This document shows positions 39,171 to 51,900 of a stretch of DNA of 64,000 nucleotides, one piece after another. The notes beneath the pieces are model-generated. The model worked only from the letters and a program-made list of their open reading frames with translations. It was not told the origin of the DNA and ran no database searches. The stretch comes from Felis catus (lineage: Eukaryota), in assembly GCF_018350175.1 (NCBI RefSeq), contig NC_058368.1, positions 177,818,001 through 177,882,000 on the forward strand, read 5' to 3'. A program made the translations under genes and the position numbers. How positions within the stretch are numbered: position 1 is the first letter of the stretch; each line of letters opens with the position of its first letter.

Positions 39171-39377
39171 GGGGTGCCTGGGTGGCTTAGTTGGTTAAAT
39201 GTTCGACTCTGCAGTTTCGGCTCAGGTCATGATCTGACAGTTTCATGAGTTCCAACCCCACATTGGACTTTGTGCTGATGGTGCACAGCCTGCTTGGGAT
39301 TCTCTCTCTTCTCCCTCTCTCTCTGCTCCTCCCCCACTCATGCTGGCTTTGTCTCTAAATAAACTTAAAAAAAAAAA
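39171..39377 (+). mobile_element. CanSINE
   Basis: GGGGTGCCTGGGTGGCTTAG head, (CT)-rich segment and A tail. Degenerate TSD TGAAATTTGA / TGAGATTTGA. Confidence 0.9.
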
Positions 39378-41555
39378 GGTGAGATTTGATGATTTTTCCT
39401 GTGTGAATCTGTGAGCAGAAGAACTGCCATTCAAACTTTACTCAGTTAAACAGGGGTGGGGATCAATAAACTAGGAAATATCTTAAGTAATTACCAAATA
39501 CAATTCTCTTGGAATTGCAAAGTTAAAAGTGACAGGGTCTATGGGTAATAAGAATGCTGCAATTAATAGGAATCTTCCTGTCAGTGCTACTAATAAACAG
39601 CAAGTCGTGTTTTGACAATGGAATATTTATGGTAGCAATAAACAGAACACTCACAGGAAGTATCTCATCTGCCAAAGACACATTTTCTACAGAATTGCAT
39701 CTGTGCACTTTGCATCAAGGCCAGCCTCACTGCCTCTTAATTACATTCAAAAGCAAAAAAAAAATGATTAAGAATAAATTTTTACTTTTTTTCAATTAAG
39801 AAAAAAATGAGAATTCATCTGAATATTTATATTCCTCTATAGGAATTCAACTCAAAGCTAGTTATACCCCTTAAGAGAGTCTATAATGTTTTTTTTTCTT
39901 TTAAAGGGCAAATGGATACATCATCTTTACGATCTTTTTACTTTCATCTTGTTCTTCTCTACGAGACTAGGGTTCTTATAAGTTGTTCCTCTTTAGCCGG
40001 GTGGGAGCATTTTAATGCCGTGGCAGTACTAGGTTAGATTTCTGAGGCTTGCTCAACACAGCTCGTAACCGTGAACATAGTAATGGTGGCTGACAGTAAC
40101 AGGACCAATAGGAGGAGTCTACAGTAATGGGTCAGAGAATTTCGTGAAGGTCACACATGGAACACGTGTGACTCTAACTGTAAGAGTGTGACTCTAAACC
40201 ATAAGCTTTCATCAGGTTACATCACATCCATTTGATTTTAAAGAGGCCAGTGATTTGAGAGAGATCACTAGCTTCTTGAGATACAAAGGAAACTGGAAGT
40301 AGGTCCCAGAAAAAACAGGGGAACTGTTCTTTTAGGAGGGACCAATTTATTAAAGAACCTTCATCACATCCAGGACTGAGCAGACTCCACAGCCTGGCTG
40401 ATATCAACTCACTAAACACAATTCCTAGAAAATTTCCGCTTGTTTCCATATAGACTTATGAAAACACTGAGGAAGGGGAACAAGGTCTTACTGACAGCTA
40501 GGATGACAAAGAAAGGAAGGAAAAAGTCAAAAGAAATGGTATATCCTACGGATGGTTGGAAATTTTGAAAATCTGTACCTCTGAAGAAGAGGAAAACCAA
40601 GCTGAGAATGAACTGGTTTTTTTCAGTTCCTGGAGTACTACACACTATAGCAGCTGATGGGCACGGCAGCACCAAGTAGGACTTCAATTCATGGCAGCCA
40701 GACTTCACTGAGTATCTACATTTCATCACACCTAAAATGCCACTGGTTAGAAAAAACATCATCATTTTATGTGCTGAGAAAGAAAGGGTGTTTTAAAACG
40801 TCACCAATTGTGGTGTTTATATATCTTATTACAGCAGTGTTAATGTGTGAAGCAATTTCTGTTTTAAAATCAAAGAAGCAGTTGGTGTATTAGGTGTAAG
40901 ACATTCGCTGAGCACTAGAGGGTAGATGATACACTGATCTAGGCAATTATTTAAAAGCCATACATGTTTACAAATAGGTTTTGCAGACAGAGTTAAAAAC
41001 ACATTATCCTAATGATAGAAGAAAGTTCACAGATAAGAAAAAACATGTTGGAAATTGCTATCGGTAGATGACAGGTACAAAGTATAATGACTGAAATATC
41101 AGTTTCGTTATTTCAAAAGTGAGATTATGTTCATAAACTACTAAACTAAAAAAAATCCAAATATGTATAACCAAAATGAAGCATCTTAAGGAATACTATT
41201 AATTACTTATAAGGAACAGGAGTTAAGGCTTTGTCAATTAACTAAAGGGTAACATTAGGTTCACATGCCCACTATGTGAAATTGTGAACTATAGAAGAGG
41301 AGAAAGAAAAAAAAAAAAGACTCCTAATCTCTAATAACTTCCAGCCTGATAGCTGAGAGGACTAGCCAATACAAAGCTATGTGATACTCATCTTTGGACA
41401 TACAGATAAGAACTGGGTGTTCAGGAACATCAAGAAAAATAAAGACGATAGGAATGGAAATGAAAGGAATTAATATTCAGTGAGCACCTACTGTGTGACA
41501 GGATCAGTAGTATTAGGTGTCATATTTTCTTAGATAACATAGATATATTGTTACA

Positions 41556-41619
41556 GTGCTCGCTTCTGGCAGCACATGTACTAAAACCGGTAGGAAGATC
41601 AGCATGGCTCCTTGAGCAA
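41556..41619 (+). pseudogene. 3'-truncated (tailless) U6 snRNA retropseudogene
   Basis: GTGCTCGCTTCTGGCAGCACATGTACTAAAACCGGTAGGAAGATCAGCATGGCTCCTTGAGCAA matches U6 from its first nucleotide to about nt 70, with a deletion over the ACAGAGA box. Flanked by 15-bp direct repeats AGATATATTGTTACA / AGATACATCGTTACA. Confidence 0.9.
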
Positions 41620-42988
41620 AGATACATCGTTACATATTTATTACTTTATTTAATCCTTACAAAATCCCAAGAGATAGATAATATTCCCTTTCTACAGATG
41701 AAGTAACTGAGCCTCAGAGAAATTAAATGACTCATGTTCTTTCAGTTAATACAATGACAAAGGATCATAACTGTTTCAATACAGCTTCAACAAGTCTTCA
41801 GCAAGACTTGAAAATTTAAGAGACCTAATAGAGTTGCAATGGGTCAAATGAAAAGAACAGCATATGTGGTGATTCAGTAAAGATAATTAAGGGTGTCAAG
41901 GGGAAGGTAAAATAAATTTCCTTCGCCCGAGCATAAAGTACAAATAGTGGTTAAGAGGTGGATCAGAAAATTAGTTACGAGAACTCAGTAAGTCAAGTAC
42001 TGTTAAAGGACTCATGTTCTAATCAATAATTTTACTTTGACCCGAGAAGCAAGGGGAAGTGATTCTGGGCTTTTGGGAAGAGAAATGATCAGATCACAAT
42101 AATACTCGAGGAAGGTAATCTTGTGAAGCAGGAATCTAAAGAATTGTGTGAAGGTCTGAATAAGTGGGTTACAGAAAAGGAGTAGAGAGGATTCTCACAC
42201 TTGATTCTAGTATAAAAACAAATGGAGCAGATAAATTATGGGATGACTTTTCCATGGATAATAGAGACAGAAAACAAAGAAATAAATCAACATTTCTTTT
42301 GATGAGAAATGTTAATAGAAGTACGCCTGAGGGATATATGCTGAAACTAGTTTTATTTAACATTCTCAAAACCATCTGGAGATGGTGGTATTCACTGAAA
42401 TAAAGCAATACATTTTAATACTGTTTCACAAAGCAGAATTACTACTGTTTGTTACTAAATATTTCCTGTAACAGACATACCCAATTGTACTTCCATCCTT
42501 CACCCTTATTTCGTTCTACACCTTTGTTTCATCTCTCACCCTCTACTCTTTCCTGACCCCCACCTCATTCAGGATTCGTACCCCGGTGGAGGGAAGATCA
42601 GTGACAGGGTAAGGATGTATGGTTTGCACATTAGTTGTATATTTAATGGCTTGTACATAAGCTATATCTAAATGACCTTGAATAAAAAGCACTCCCTCAA
42701 AGCCACCATATCAAAATGTCACATGCCCATATTATTTTTGATGAATAAATTTTCAGAAAATTAGTATGTAACTTATTTGAGTTAAATTTTAAAAGGAAAA
42801 AGAAACTATGTTAATAAAACAATGGACTTTGAGCTCTTAGGAAAAATATGTGAAAGGCAGTCTGGAATCAGGATCAATTCTATTAGAATTTAAAATCTGG
42901 GAGGGCAGGATCTGTGTCTCATTTGTCCTTTTGCCCTGTACTTAGCAAATGCTTAATTAATATTTGCTAAACTGAGAGAGGCCAGTAA

Positions 42989-43198
42989 GGGGCTCCTGGG
43001 TGGCTTGGCGGGGGGGTGGGGGGGGTGGGGGGAAGGGACCAACTCTTGATTTCAGCTCAGGTCATGTTCTCATGGTTTGTGAGTTCAAGCCCTGCCTCAG
43101 GCTCTGCAGCATTAGCGTAGAGCCTGCTTGGGATTCCTCCTCTCTCTGCCCCTCCCCTACTTGGGTTCTTTCTTTCTCTCCCCCCCCCCCCCGAAAAA
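42989..43198 (+). mobile_element. CanSINE with G-run replacement in the head, with TSD
   Basis: GGGGCTCCTGGGTGGCT head. AGAGGCCAGTAA on both sides. Confidence 0.88.
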
Positions 43199-43591
43199 AG
43201 AGGCCAGTAATATAAAATAAATCATTATTTTATTCTTACTCAGTGTTAAATCTAAATTAAGGATGCAGTTCTGGGTATTACACTAAAGCTACCACCACCA
43301 CCACCACCATGAAAAACAAGCAAGAAAAGACAAAGGAAACTAGAAGAGGTGAGGGGCTGAAAAAGAAAATCATCACAGGGATCAAGTAGCCTGAACAGGA
43401 AAGAGATTCTTTGGCTTGTAAACATGAAAACAATGGAGATAAGCTACCGATAGATAAACACATGTAGGATGCATGTAGATAGGAATTATGTTCACCAAAT
43501 CCTGGTGTACAGGAACTAAGGAGATAGTCTCAAAGTGTTAGAGGGTTAGTCTGAAGCCAAATGGAGGGAATTATTTCTTTACCAAATAACC

Positions 43592-43889
43592 CGGGCCAGC
43601 TTTGCAGATGTCCATGCTATGCATTTATACAGTGTTCTATGCTTAGAAGGGCCAGTGTTTGCTTCAATGCTGTGTTGGTGAGGTCTTGAAAAAAAAAGTT
43701 TTTTTAAGATTTTATTTTTAAAAAATCTCTACACCTAACATGGGGCTCGAATTTACAACCCTAAGATCAAGAGTCACGTGCTCCACGCACTGAGGCAGCC
43801 AGGTGCCCTGAAATTCTTAACAGCTTAGGAACAAGGCACCTCACATTTTCATTTTGTGTGGAGCCCTGTGAATTATGAAGATGGTTTTG
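43592..43889. mobile_element. MER45A-like hAT MITE split by a short minus-strand SINEC_c-like insertion (~43699-43808)
   Basis: gggccagcttt..gcttagaagggcc..aatgctgtg..gtcttgaaa [SINE] tgaaattcttaa..acattttcattttg..gagccctgtgaattatg. Confidence 0.72.
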
Positions 43890-44411
43890 CAATAGTACAG
43901 AGAAGTTATTCATCCTAAGAATTGTAGTTAACAGTATCAACAGGGTAAAATGAATTTGGATAAATTCATGAATTAATGTAGGACCCTGTTATGGTGCCTG
44001 TTTTTCAAAAGCTAAAGATATTTTGGGTTTTCTTTGAAGATGATGTAGTAAGGACAACTACCAATAGAGGGCCTAATAGAAAATGAAATTTCCTTTCTCA
44101 TTATTATCTACCTGAAACCCAAAGTGAGACATGTCACTGCTATAAATTTGAGTGAACAATGAATTGAAGTAGAAATATTGATCAATTATTCTTCAAGGGA
44201 AGAAAAACTTGAAATACTCATTAATAAACAGAATTTTAGATGAAATTTAACACTTTCCTCCGTCTTTCTCAGCATTTAAAATAAGTTTATTTCATGGCTT
44301 TGTATGACCCTTCTCTCCCCAGTCTTCCCAGCCACTTCCTTGTCCTAATCACTTGAAAAATCTTATCCCTTCCCCGGTTGGAAACTAGAATTTATGACTG
44401 GAAGGTATTTT

Positions 44412-44648
44412 ATTTTACTTTTTTATTTTTTTTTCATGTTTATTTATTTTTGAGGGAGAGAGACAGAGCGCGAGCACAGGAGGGGCAGGGAGAGGGAGAC
44501 ACAGAATTCAAAGCAGGCTCCAGGCTCTGAGCTGTCATCACAGAGCCTTACACGGGGCTCGAACTCATGAACCACAAGATCATGAACTGTGAGATCATGA
44601 CCTGAACTAAAGCTGGATGCTTAACCTACTGAGCCACCCAGGTGCCCC
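44412..44648 (-). mobile_element. CanSINE (SINEC_Fc-like) with TSD and a small internal duplication
   Basis: TSD ATGACTGGAAGGTATTTTA / ATGACTGGGAAGTATTTTA. AGATCATGA is repeated internally. Confidence 0.92.
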
Positions 44649-45171
44649 ATGACTGGGAAGTATTTTAAAGAGGAAAAAGGATCCATAAGTATGAGACCTG
44701 GATGTGGAAGACTGCCCTAGGACAGAGCCATTTCAACTCTGTGCATGTTAAATAAAGCTATTTAGAATCTGGAATTTCTTGAAATTTAGTCTTGGAAAGT
44801 TAAAGAATATATTAAAAAGTTACTCAGATATATTTGCTGAGTGTAATATATATGCCTCATGTAACGAATCTGATAGGAAAACATAAACTTTCCCTCAAAA
44901 GGGCCACTGGATTTTAAAATTACAGTAGTCTTACCAATTTGGAAAGCTTCAAATTTGGCAAACAGAAACTTTGGGGTAAAATGCAACAGACTCTCCAGTT
45001 AAAATCTGGGGACTTAATGAAATTGTCTCCTCATATACATTATTATGTAAGGAACTAGCCTATCTCTAAAAATGTCAAGTCTGACTTTCCCTAGTGAAGA
45101 CAGAGTCTTGTAGAGAAATACCTGACTTTCTTATTTGGGACATCCAGTTCAAGTTTCCAATTATCTTAAAG

Positions 45172-45348
45172 CACAAGTTCTCATAGCATGGTCCCTAAGC
45201 CACCAGCATCACTGGAAACTTGCTGAAAATGCAAATTCTCAGGCCTGTCTAACACCTCCTAAAACATACACTCTAGGGGTGGGGTCCGGCAATTTGTATT
45301 CTAAGAACTCTAGCGATTCTGATCATCCCTAAAGTTTGAGACTACTGC
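45172..45348. mobile_element. MER5-like hAT-Charlie MITE
   Basis: gttctca..tggtccct..cagcatcactggaaacttg..aaatgcaaattctcagg..aagtttgagactactg. Confidence 0.78.
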
Positions 45349-47792
45349 CTTGAGGCAAGTAAACATGAGCCTGTTTACACTTCCTAAAAATGAGGATCTT
45401 TTGTGATTTCAATTTCCAAGCAAGCAGTCAGATACAAGAACACTAAAGTTCATAGACTGGCCTTGTGAACCATAAACAAACACTGAGTAGCATTCACTCT
45501 GAAGATGATAAAAACAGAAAAAACAAAACAAAAAATATCTAAAGACATGCATTAGAAAGTAATCAGGAACATTTAAAAACTTCATAGTAAGATGCTTTTC
45601 AGTTATTCCGTACTAGTATTTTAAACACAGATATTTTGAATATTAATATATAAATAGGTTTCCATTAATAGAGGCCAGTTGGTGATGATTTTTATCTTGC
45701 ATAAGTGTTTCTAGTGCCGAAGAGTGCCAGCTGATTTTTAACACAAATATAATGTACTGCTTTAAAATCAGGACTTAAAAACATATTATAATAAAGAAAC
45801 CGATTGGAAACAACAAAACATGCATTAGGTAACCAGCAACTGCACTGAAATAGATATAGCACTCACATATTCCATTATGTAAATGAATTCAAAGATATTT
45901 CATGACTGATCAGCTAGAAGGGACATAATGATTTATAATTCAAATAACTGAGCACTGAAATCAAATTGAACTAATATATATTTCTAAATATGGAAACCTG
46001 AAATAATTGTTAAAAAATATAAATCAATGTACCCAAGTTGAAATCATTTGCATCCCTTGGTTTAAATGTTATAGCTTTTAAGTTTTATCTAATAAGTTTT
46101 CTGAAAATATGATTTTTTATTAACTTCGAGAAGTGTTCAAAAGCAATAAACATCTTATGAAACAAAAGGTTATAATTTTAGAATTAAAGAATATATACGA
46201 GATATAAGGTGATAGGAAAAGCATCTTACTTAAATATTGGATAGAAATAAATTAGGCATTATGCACATTATACCAAAAAGAATACAAATCAAATTAATTT
46301 TATATTAGATTTCAATTCCAACCTAAAAAACAGGGTAAATCTAAACAATAGATACGTGCTGTAAAATAACACAGGCTTCTTTTCAGATAACGTGCTCTCA
46401 AAGTAATTCATTGTGAAAAGGCCAGAGTTTGCAAGACTAGGAAGTACTTATAAACCACTTCATATGTTAGAAATAAAGAGTATTTCAGCATTATTATTAA
46501 AAAAAAAAATACAGGTTGAGTTTTTTTTTTTAATAAGAAAAAATACATATCTTAAAAAGCCAAAATGACCACTGGAATTGGGTTGTACATCACTTTCCAG
46601 TAAAAAGGAAAAACAGCCTGGACAGGTGTAATTTATCATTTTTCTGATTTAATATCAAAGAAATATATTAAAATAATAAAAAGAATCCTGAAATCCTCAA
46701 AATTTGTAGTGATAAATAGCCCTCCCTGTCTTTATTGCATTATACCTACTAACAGAAATATTGCATGGTGGATTTTGCCAGACAAGGACGATTATTTTCC
46801 AATAAAAAGTTGCATATTAAATTCCAGCACAAAAGTGGGTGTCTAATACTTTGGAAATCTTTTATGGTTTCCCAAGGAACACAATTTTAAACTTAACTAA
46901 TACAAACATATTCCTGCAGTGAGCCTACATTAAAGATTTCTACCCAATGCCACTGATTTTCAGAATGCTGTCCTCATATTTAAATTTCAGCTAATCTTGG
47001 TGGTTAACTAAACCAACACTTATTTTTCACAAGTCCTGTATGTTTGATAGCTAACATACAAAAGACAATCTACACGCTTCTCTCTCATTGGTAGAAACAG
47101 GACAATAGTATCAACTATAATTTAATGAGAAAGGATGATTCTAGTTAGATTTAAGAAATCTGCTAAAGATAGAAACCCAAACATTTAATGCATAATGGGA
47201 AATCTTATTTTGGAGTAAATAAGATGTTGATTTGTTGGCGGCAATAATCCAAGAAGTGGTAAAAACACTTATATAATTTTCTTCCTATTCCTCCTTTGTG
47301 CCTCTTAACTAATCAAAATAATATTTTTTTCAATTGAAGAATACTGAAGTTATAGTATTTACTCTCAGGAATTCAATTTTTATAAGGTAATATTTTTAGA
47401 ACATTTCGACCTTCTTAAAATTAGTTACATGCTTTCTTTTAAAATAAGAACTCCCTAAAAATTATGAAAAATCACAGACTAAGACACATGCGGTTGTATA
47501 CTTTCTTATGTATCCACTTATTAACCTGGATGGGTATAAACATAACTTTAACTAGTTAGGAATCTATATATCCATATAAATTCAATTGTGACTGAATAAA
47601 TACTTGACAGTAGGTAGCTAATATAAAGCTTTCAAAAACACACATTTAAATATAAGGCTAAATGAAAGGTTTTTTATTAAAAAAAAAAAAACAACAAACC
47701 TGCAACATTATAAGCAAGGAAAACACCTGGCCAATAGAATGTACCTGTTGGGGTGTTTCTATACATTACTAGATATACAGTAAAAAGGATAT

Positions 47793-47873
47793 CCAACAGA
47801 AAGATCATTTAGGAACTGAAGAGTCCTTGAAATCACAGGCTCACATCTTCCCCAGTATTTAAGATTTGTAACG
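47793..47873 (-). CDS. RANBP17: RANBP17 coding exon (~exon 16), 81 nt, (I)[26 protein letters not shown](G)
   Basis: Acceptor ttttcatatttAG|C. Ends TTGG|ATATCCTTTT (U12 AT-type donor). The peptide is visible in ORF 47759..47989. Confidence 0.96.
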
Positions 47874-48922
47874 CTAAATATGAAAACAAAGTTTTTAATT
47901 GTAAGTAAGGTATTTGGTTGTACAGGGAGAACATGAAAATACACATATATGTATGTTAAGTTACATGACCTAAACCCGAAATATCTCACGAAGTTGAAAA
48001 ACAGGTTTAAATACCACTAGAACATTTTCTATTCTACTTTTTTTAATGGCATAATCAAAATTATATCCTATCAATATACAATGAACACTGCTCCCCAAAT
48101 GGTACATAATTCCATACAGTTAGTTTTGTACATTGAAAAAACTGTCTAAGTGTTTCACAGAAGAAGTATCAAGTTTGTATGTAAAACAAGCATATTAGGG
48201 AATGACAGCAGGAGTTACAAAGGAAGTCAAATAGAGGCTCACAGTTACTGCCAAGAAATGAACCATCAAACTTGTGGCCCCAAAGCTCACTTCTTATGAT
48301 CATGATTGTTTGTGTAGCTTTGTTCTCTGCAAGCAACACAGTGCTGTCTGTTACACAGATGTAGTGGGTTGCCAACTGGAGGCATACAAGTTGAGACTAC
48401 ATGTACAAAATTCTGTCTATGACTAGAAACTCGTTAATTCTGCTAACAAATTATAAGGATGATTTAAGGGAATTTTCCATGAGTAGGTTTTTGATAGCCA
48501 TTAAGTTCCTGCTGGAATCAATGAATGCCCTGTCTTAAGGCAATCAAACCCCTCCCAATGATTCCAGTTTGCAATAATCTCTTCAGATGCTCTTTGAAAT
48601 TGGGTATTTTCTTTCTAATTAAAAGCAAAAATGCTGCCCAATTGTCTTGAAGAGTCAAAGTCTATAAACATCTTAAAACCACGTTTTGATGGGGCATACT
48701 GCAGTGGTATGGATTCCTTGACAAATAAGAATGTCTTTAGGGTGGTGAATTTTTAATATGTGAAATTAAGTTTCAATTAAGAACAGTGCTACCATTCTAA
48801 GAATTAACGCATAATTTTTAAGTCTTTTATTAAAGATTAATACTTATTAAGAGATCTAAACACAGCAAAAGTATCCATTACATTCAAAGCAACCACAACA
48901 AAAGAAAAATCCAAGAACTCAC

Positions 48923-48996
48923 ATTTTCGTCATGAATGTTTCTAGAACATGGTTGTCATCTGTTATTCCTAAAACTTCTGACATACGGGCATATAC
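48923..48996 (-). CDS. RANBP17: RANBP17 coding exon (~exon 15), 74 nt, VYARMSEVLGITDDNHVLETFMTK(I)
   Basis: Minus strand acceptor tgttttcatgcAG|GTA and donor AAAAT|GTGAGT. Phase 0 start, phase 2 end. Peptide recognised as RANBP17/XPO7 family and joins the next exon in frame (AT|C = Ile). Confidence 0.95.
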
Positions 48997-51900
48997 CTGC
49001 ATGAAAACATTTCATTGTTAAAAGCTTTATCATTAACATAGATTTTCAAAAGACTATTCAAACTGAACAAATGGAAGATTTAAAGGATTGCTGCATCCAC
49101 AGTGAAGTAGGGTGTCGGAAGGGAGAGCAAATGAAGGATTTAGAGAAAAAATTATACTTTAAAAATTTACTCTCTTTTTCTTCCAGGAAGTACCTCTCTC
49201 ATTTTGAAATACATACCCACCCACACACACCCACACTCACAGACTCATTTTATTCCCAGCACACCACATAATTTTCTTTCTCAAACTGGTAAACCAACCC
49301 TTTCTCAAAGATGGGCGTTATGTATACAAAGGGCTGAAAAGTGGAGTGTCTCAATAAATAAAACATTTAAAAAATTTCCATCTATGCCAGGTATCAGCAA
49401 ACCATCAAACAATTCAGGATTATGTCAGGCAGTTATAAATAAGGACTTCAAAAATAAGAGGAAGTTAAAGAATTTATAAACATTCTCCTCAAAAATCTTT
49501 CAATTAAGCTCCCCCCAATATAGAGATAGGTCTTACTTTCCATGCTGAAACGGAAATCCCAGGCTCAGAGATTCTCTGTTGAATACATCAGGGCCTGGGG
49601 AATCCATTAAGCTCCCAATTAGGGAGTGTTGGTGGCAGAGTTTGGGGTGCAACATTTCAGTCCCAACCTAAGCCACATTGAGCTTATAAACATATCCCAC
49701 TTCAAGTGGGAAAATGCCACCAGCAGCCAATGGAATATTCCCTAATAGCCTGGCAAAGCTGAGAGGTGGGTTGACACCTCCATACTCCCTGATGCTCTGG
49801 TGTGATTCCAGGTTATCCCTGCCAGACACCAGCTGTATGGGATTTCTCTTCTGTGATTTGATCCCCTGTGATTGTGTTCTCTCACTTTCTCCCGCTCCGC
49901 CTATTTCTTATGGTATGGCATGGCAACTTAGCTTTCACTCCCTATGCCTTTTGCTTTTCACATGTGAACACCAGCTTCATACACTACCACAGGTCATGAA
50001 GGTGTATTATAGGGTTATACAAGGGAGGAAGGCTGATTCACTGCAGAGATCTCGTATCTGTATTTTAAATACCATTCAAAGCAGAAGCTTGTGTTGTGGG
50101 CTTTCATCCTAAGTCCTATAACCAGAAGCTGCTCAGGCCAGTGGGAGAGAGAGGAAAAGGTGGGGGGCAAGTGGAGAGGGCAAGAGAAGGAAAGAAGGGT
50201 AGAGAGGAAAAGGTGGGGGAGAGAAAAAGGAAAACTGAGATTCACATTCCTGTTGCCCCTTCTGCTAATTTCTGAGCCCTACAGAAAAGCATTTCAATTA
50301 CTGTATCTATGATTTTGCTCATGAGAGGAGGCCTTCATCTCTTATAGGACTGAAGCCATCACTGTGTTTGTAAGATGTTTAGGGGGAAGAGGGAGCTAGG
50401 GAGAAAAACTCCCAGCGAAGTTAGTCACCACCAGTCCTCAAAGATCAGAAATGTTTACGCACAGAGAAGGCTCAAAGGAAGAATGGTATGTAGAAAGGGA
50501 AGTTTCCCTTATCTCAGCATGATCCTAACCCTCTCTTATGGATGGAAGTAAATTGGGTCCCTTAGAAAACCTGTATTGACATGATTAATGGCACACAAGG
50601 CCCTTCACAACTTGGCCCCAACATACCTCATCTTCTACCATTTCCCTCCATCCGAAGCCACAATGAAATACTGATGGATCACTGAGGCTTCTCACGCAAT
50701 TTCAGATTTCTAGGAGTTCGTGTACTGCTCATTCTGCCTGAATTAGCTTTCTTTTTCCTCTCCCCTTGATTCCCATTCAAAAGTCATCTCCTCTGCATTC
50801 TTCTCTGCTGTCCCAGGGAGATCACTCGCCTTTATGCTCCCACAGTGTCTGGTCCATTCCTCTCTCGTGGTGTTTTTCACACCTGTAATTGTTCAGGTGT
50901 CCATTTCCCCCACTACATTGTATTGTATTTTTGTAAAATCAAGGTTTTACATTTTCAAGACTTTATAAGTGCTATGTTTTTTATGGCATAGCTCAAAATT
51001 AATCTAATTTTGATTTTATCCATGCAACATTGAATAATAAAAACATAATAACTAAAATGTGATTTTAAACCTTTAAGACTGTTTAAAAATCTTTTTTTTT
51101 TTTTTTTTTCAATTGGTCCTTCTTACAGGGAAGTTTTCTGTGGTGTCCCTGGCATTCAAGGAAGGGGGAAGCTGGGCAGGCAGGTCTGTTGTGTTCTGCT
51201 GTCAAAACAGCTTCTCCGAGTATCAGATTTGACCCAATAAGATACTAGAAAAAACAGTCAACATTGACACATGGCAGTGCTTTAATCCACAATTATCCTT
51301 GTAACTTGCACCATTCCTTTTATCATCCATTAGCTTTGATTCCCATTATCCCATCTAGAACTGTGTCAACGCTTCTGTCCCTAGGGATTTCTCTCCACTC
51401 CTAGGATCTGACAGTCAAGCTTGAGTACTAAACAGGATCATTACCTCTTAAATCCACTTATCTGATCTACTGAATAGTAAATTGAAAAGCTCATTAAGAG
51501 CAACAATCTGATTTGTTTTCACGTGTGACAGGGTCATTTAAAATCAATGTATGATTACTGCATTTCTTTTAAAAGACTGTCTCACATTTTCCAAGGCACC
51601 TTACCATTCAGAGAGCATGCAGATAATATGAAAATGTCTTTAAACATTTGAATTCAATTATACCACAGACATATACAATTTGGGAGTGGGAAACAGTCTG
51701 TCCAGTGAGGAAACATCTTTGAGAATGTTTATCACAAAGCACAAATCAATGAAGGCTTTCTACAGAAAACATTCTAACACAATATTTAGGGATTTTCAAC
51801 ATTTTCTAAAACTTCTATCACTTCGCCAAAAAAATTTTCATTCACAGCAAGAAGAACCTACATCACAATACTCATTTTAAGGAAGGATACTGAAGCTGGC

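Larger units (their letters stand above)
42050..43975 (+). mobile_element. Fragmented CR1/L3 fossil interrupted by younger insertions
   Basis: ORF 42164..42403 contains DRKQR..STF..RNVNRSTPEGYML.LVLFNI, resembling CR1 RT DRKQRV..NG.FS.W..V.SGVPQGSVLGPVLFNI. CR1-like 3' segments flank the MER45A and end in ttggataaattcatg. Boundaries approximate. Confidence 0.55.
37520..47792 (-). other. RANBP17: U12-type AT-AC intron (10,273 nt)
   Basis: 5' end ATATCCTTTT at 47792. Branch site TTCCTTAAC at 37537-37529, followed by TCCTATTAC| ending in AC at 37521-37520. No U2 polypyrimidine tract. Removal restores the frame GG|C TAT ATC (G-Y-I). Confidence 0.95.

Noticed and set aside
40166..40198. 12-bp repeat GTGTGACTCTAA occurring twice
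   Set aside because: Too short to interpret; most likely a small local duplication.
24441..51890. Additional isolated GTATCCTT matches on the gene strand (24449, 51890)
   Set aside because: Rough base-composition arithmetic expects about three RTATCCTT 8-mers per 64 kb strand. No upstream exon or tandem arrangement supports them.
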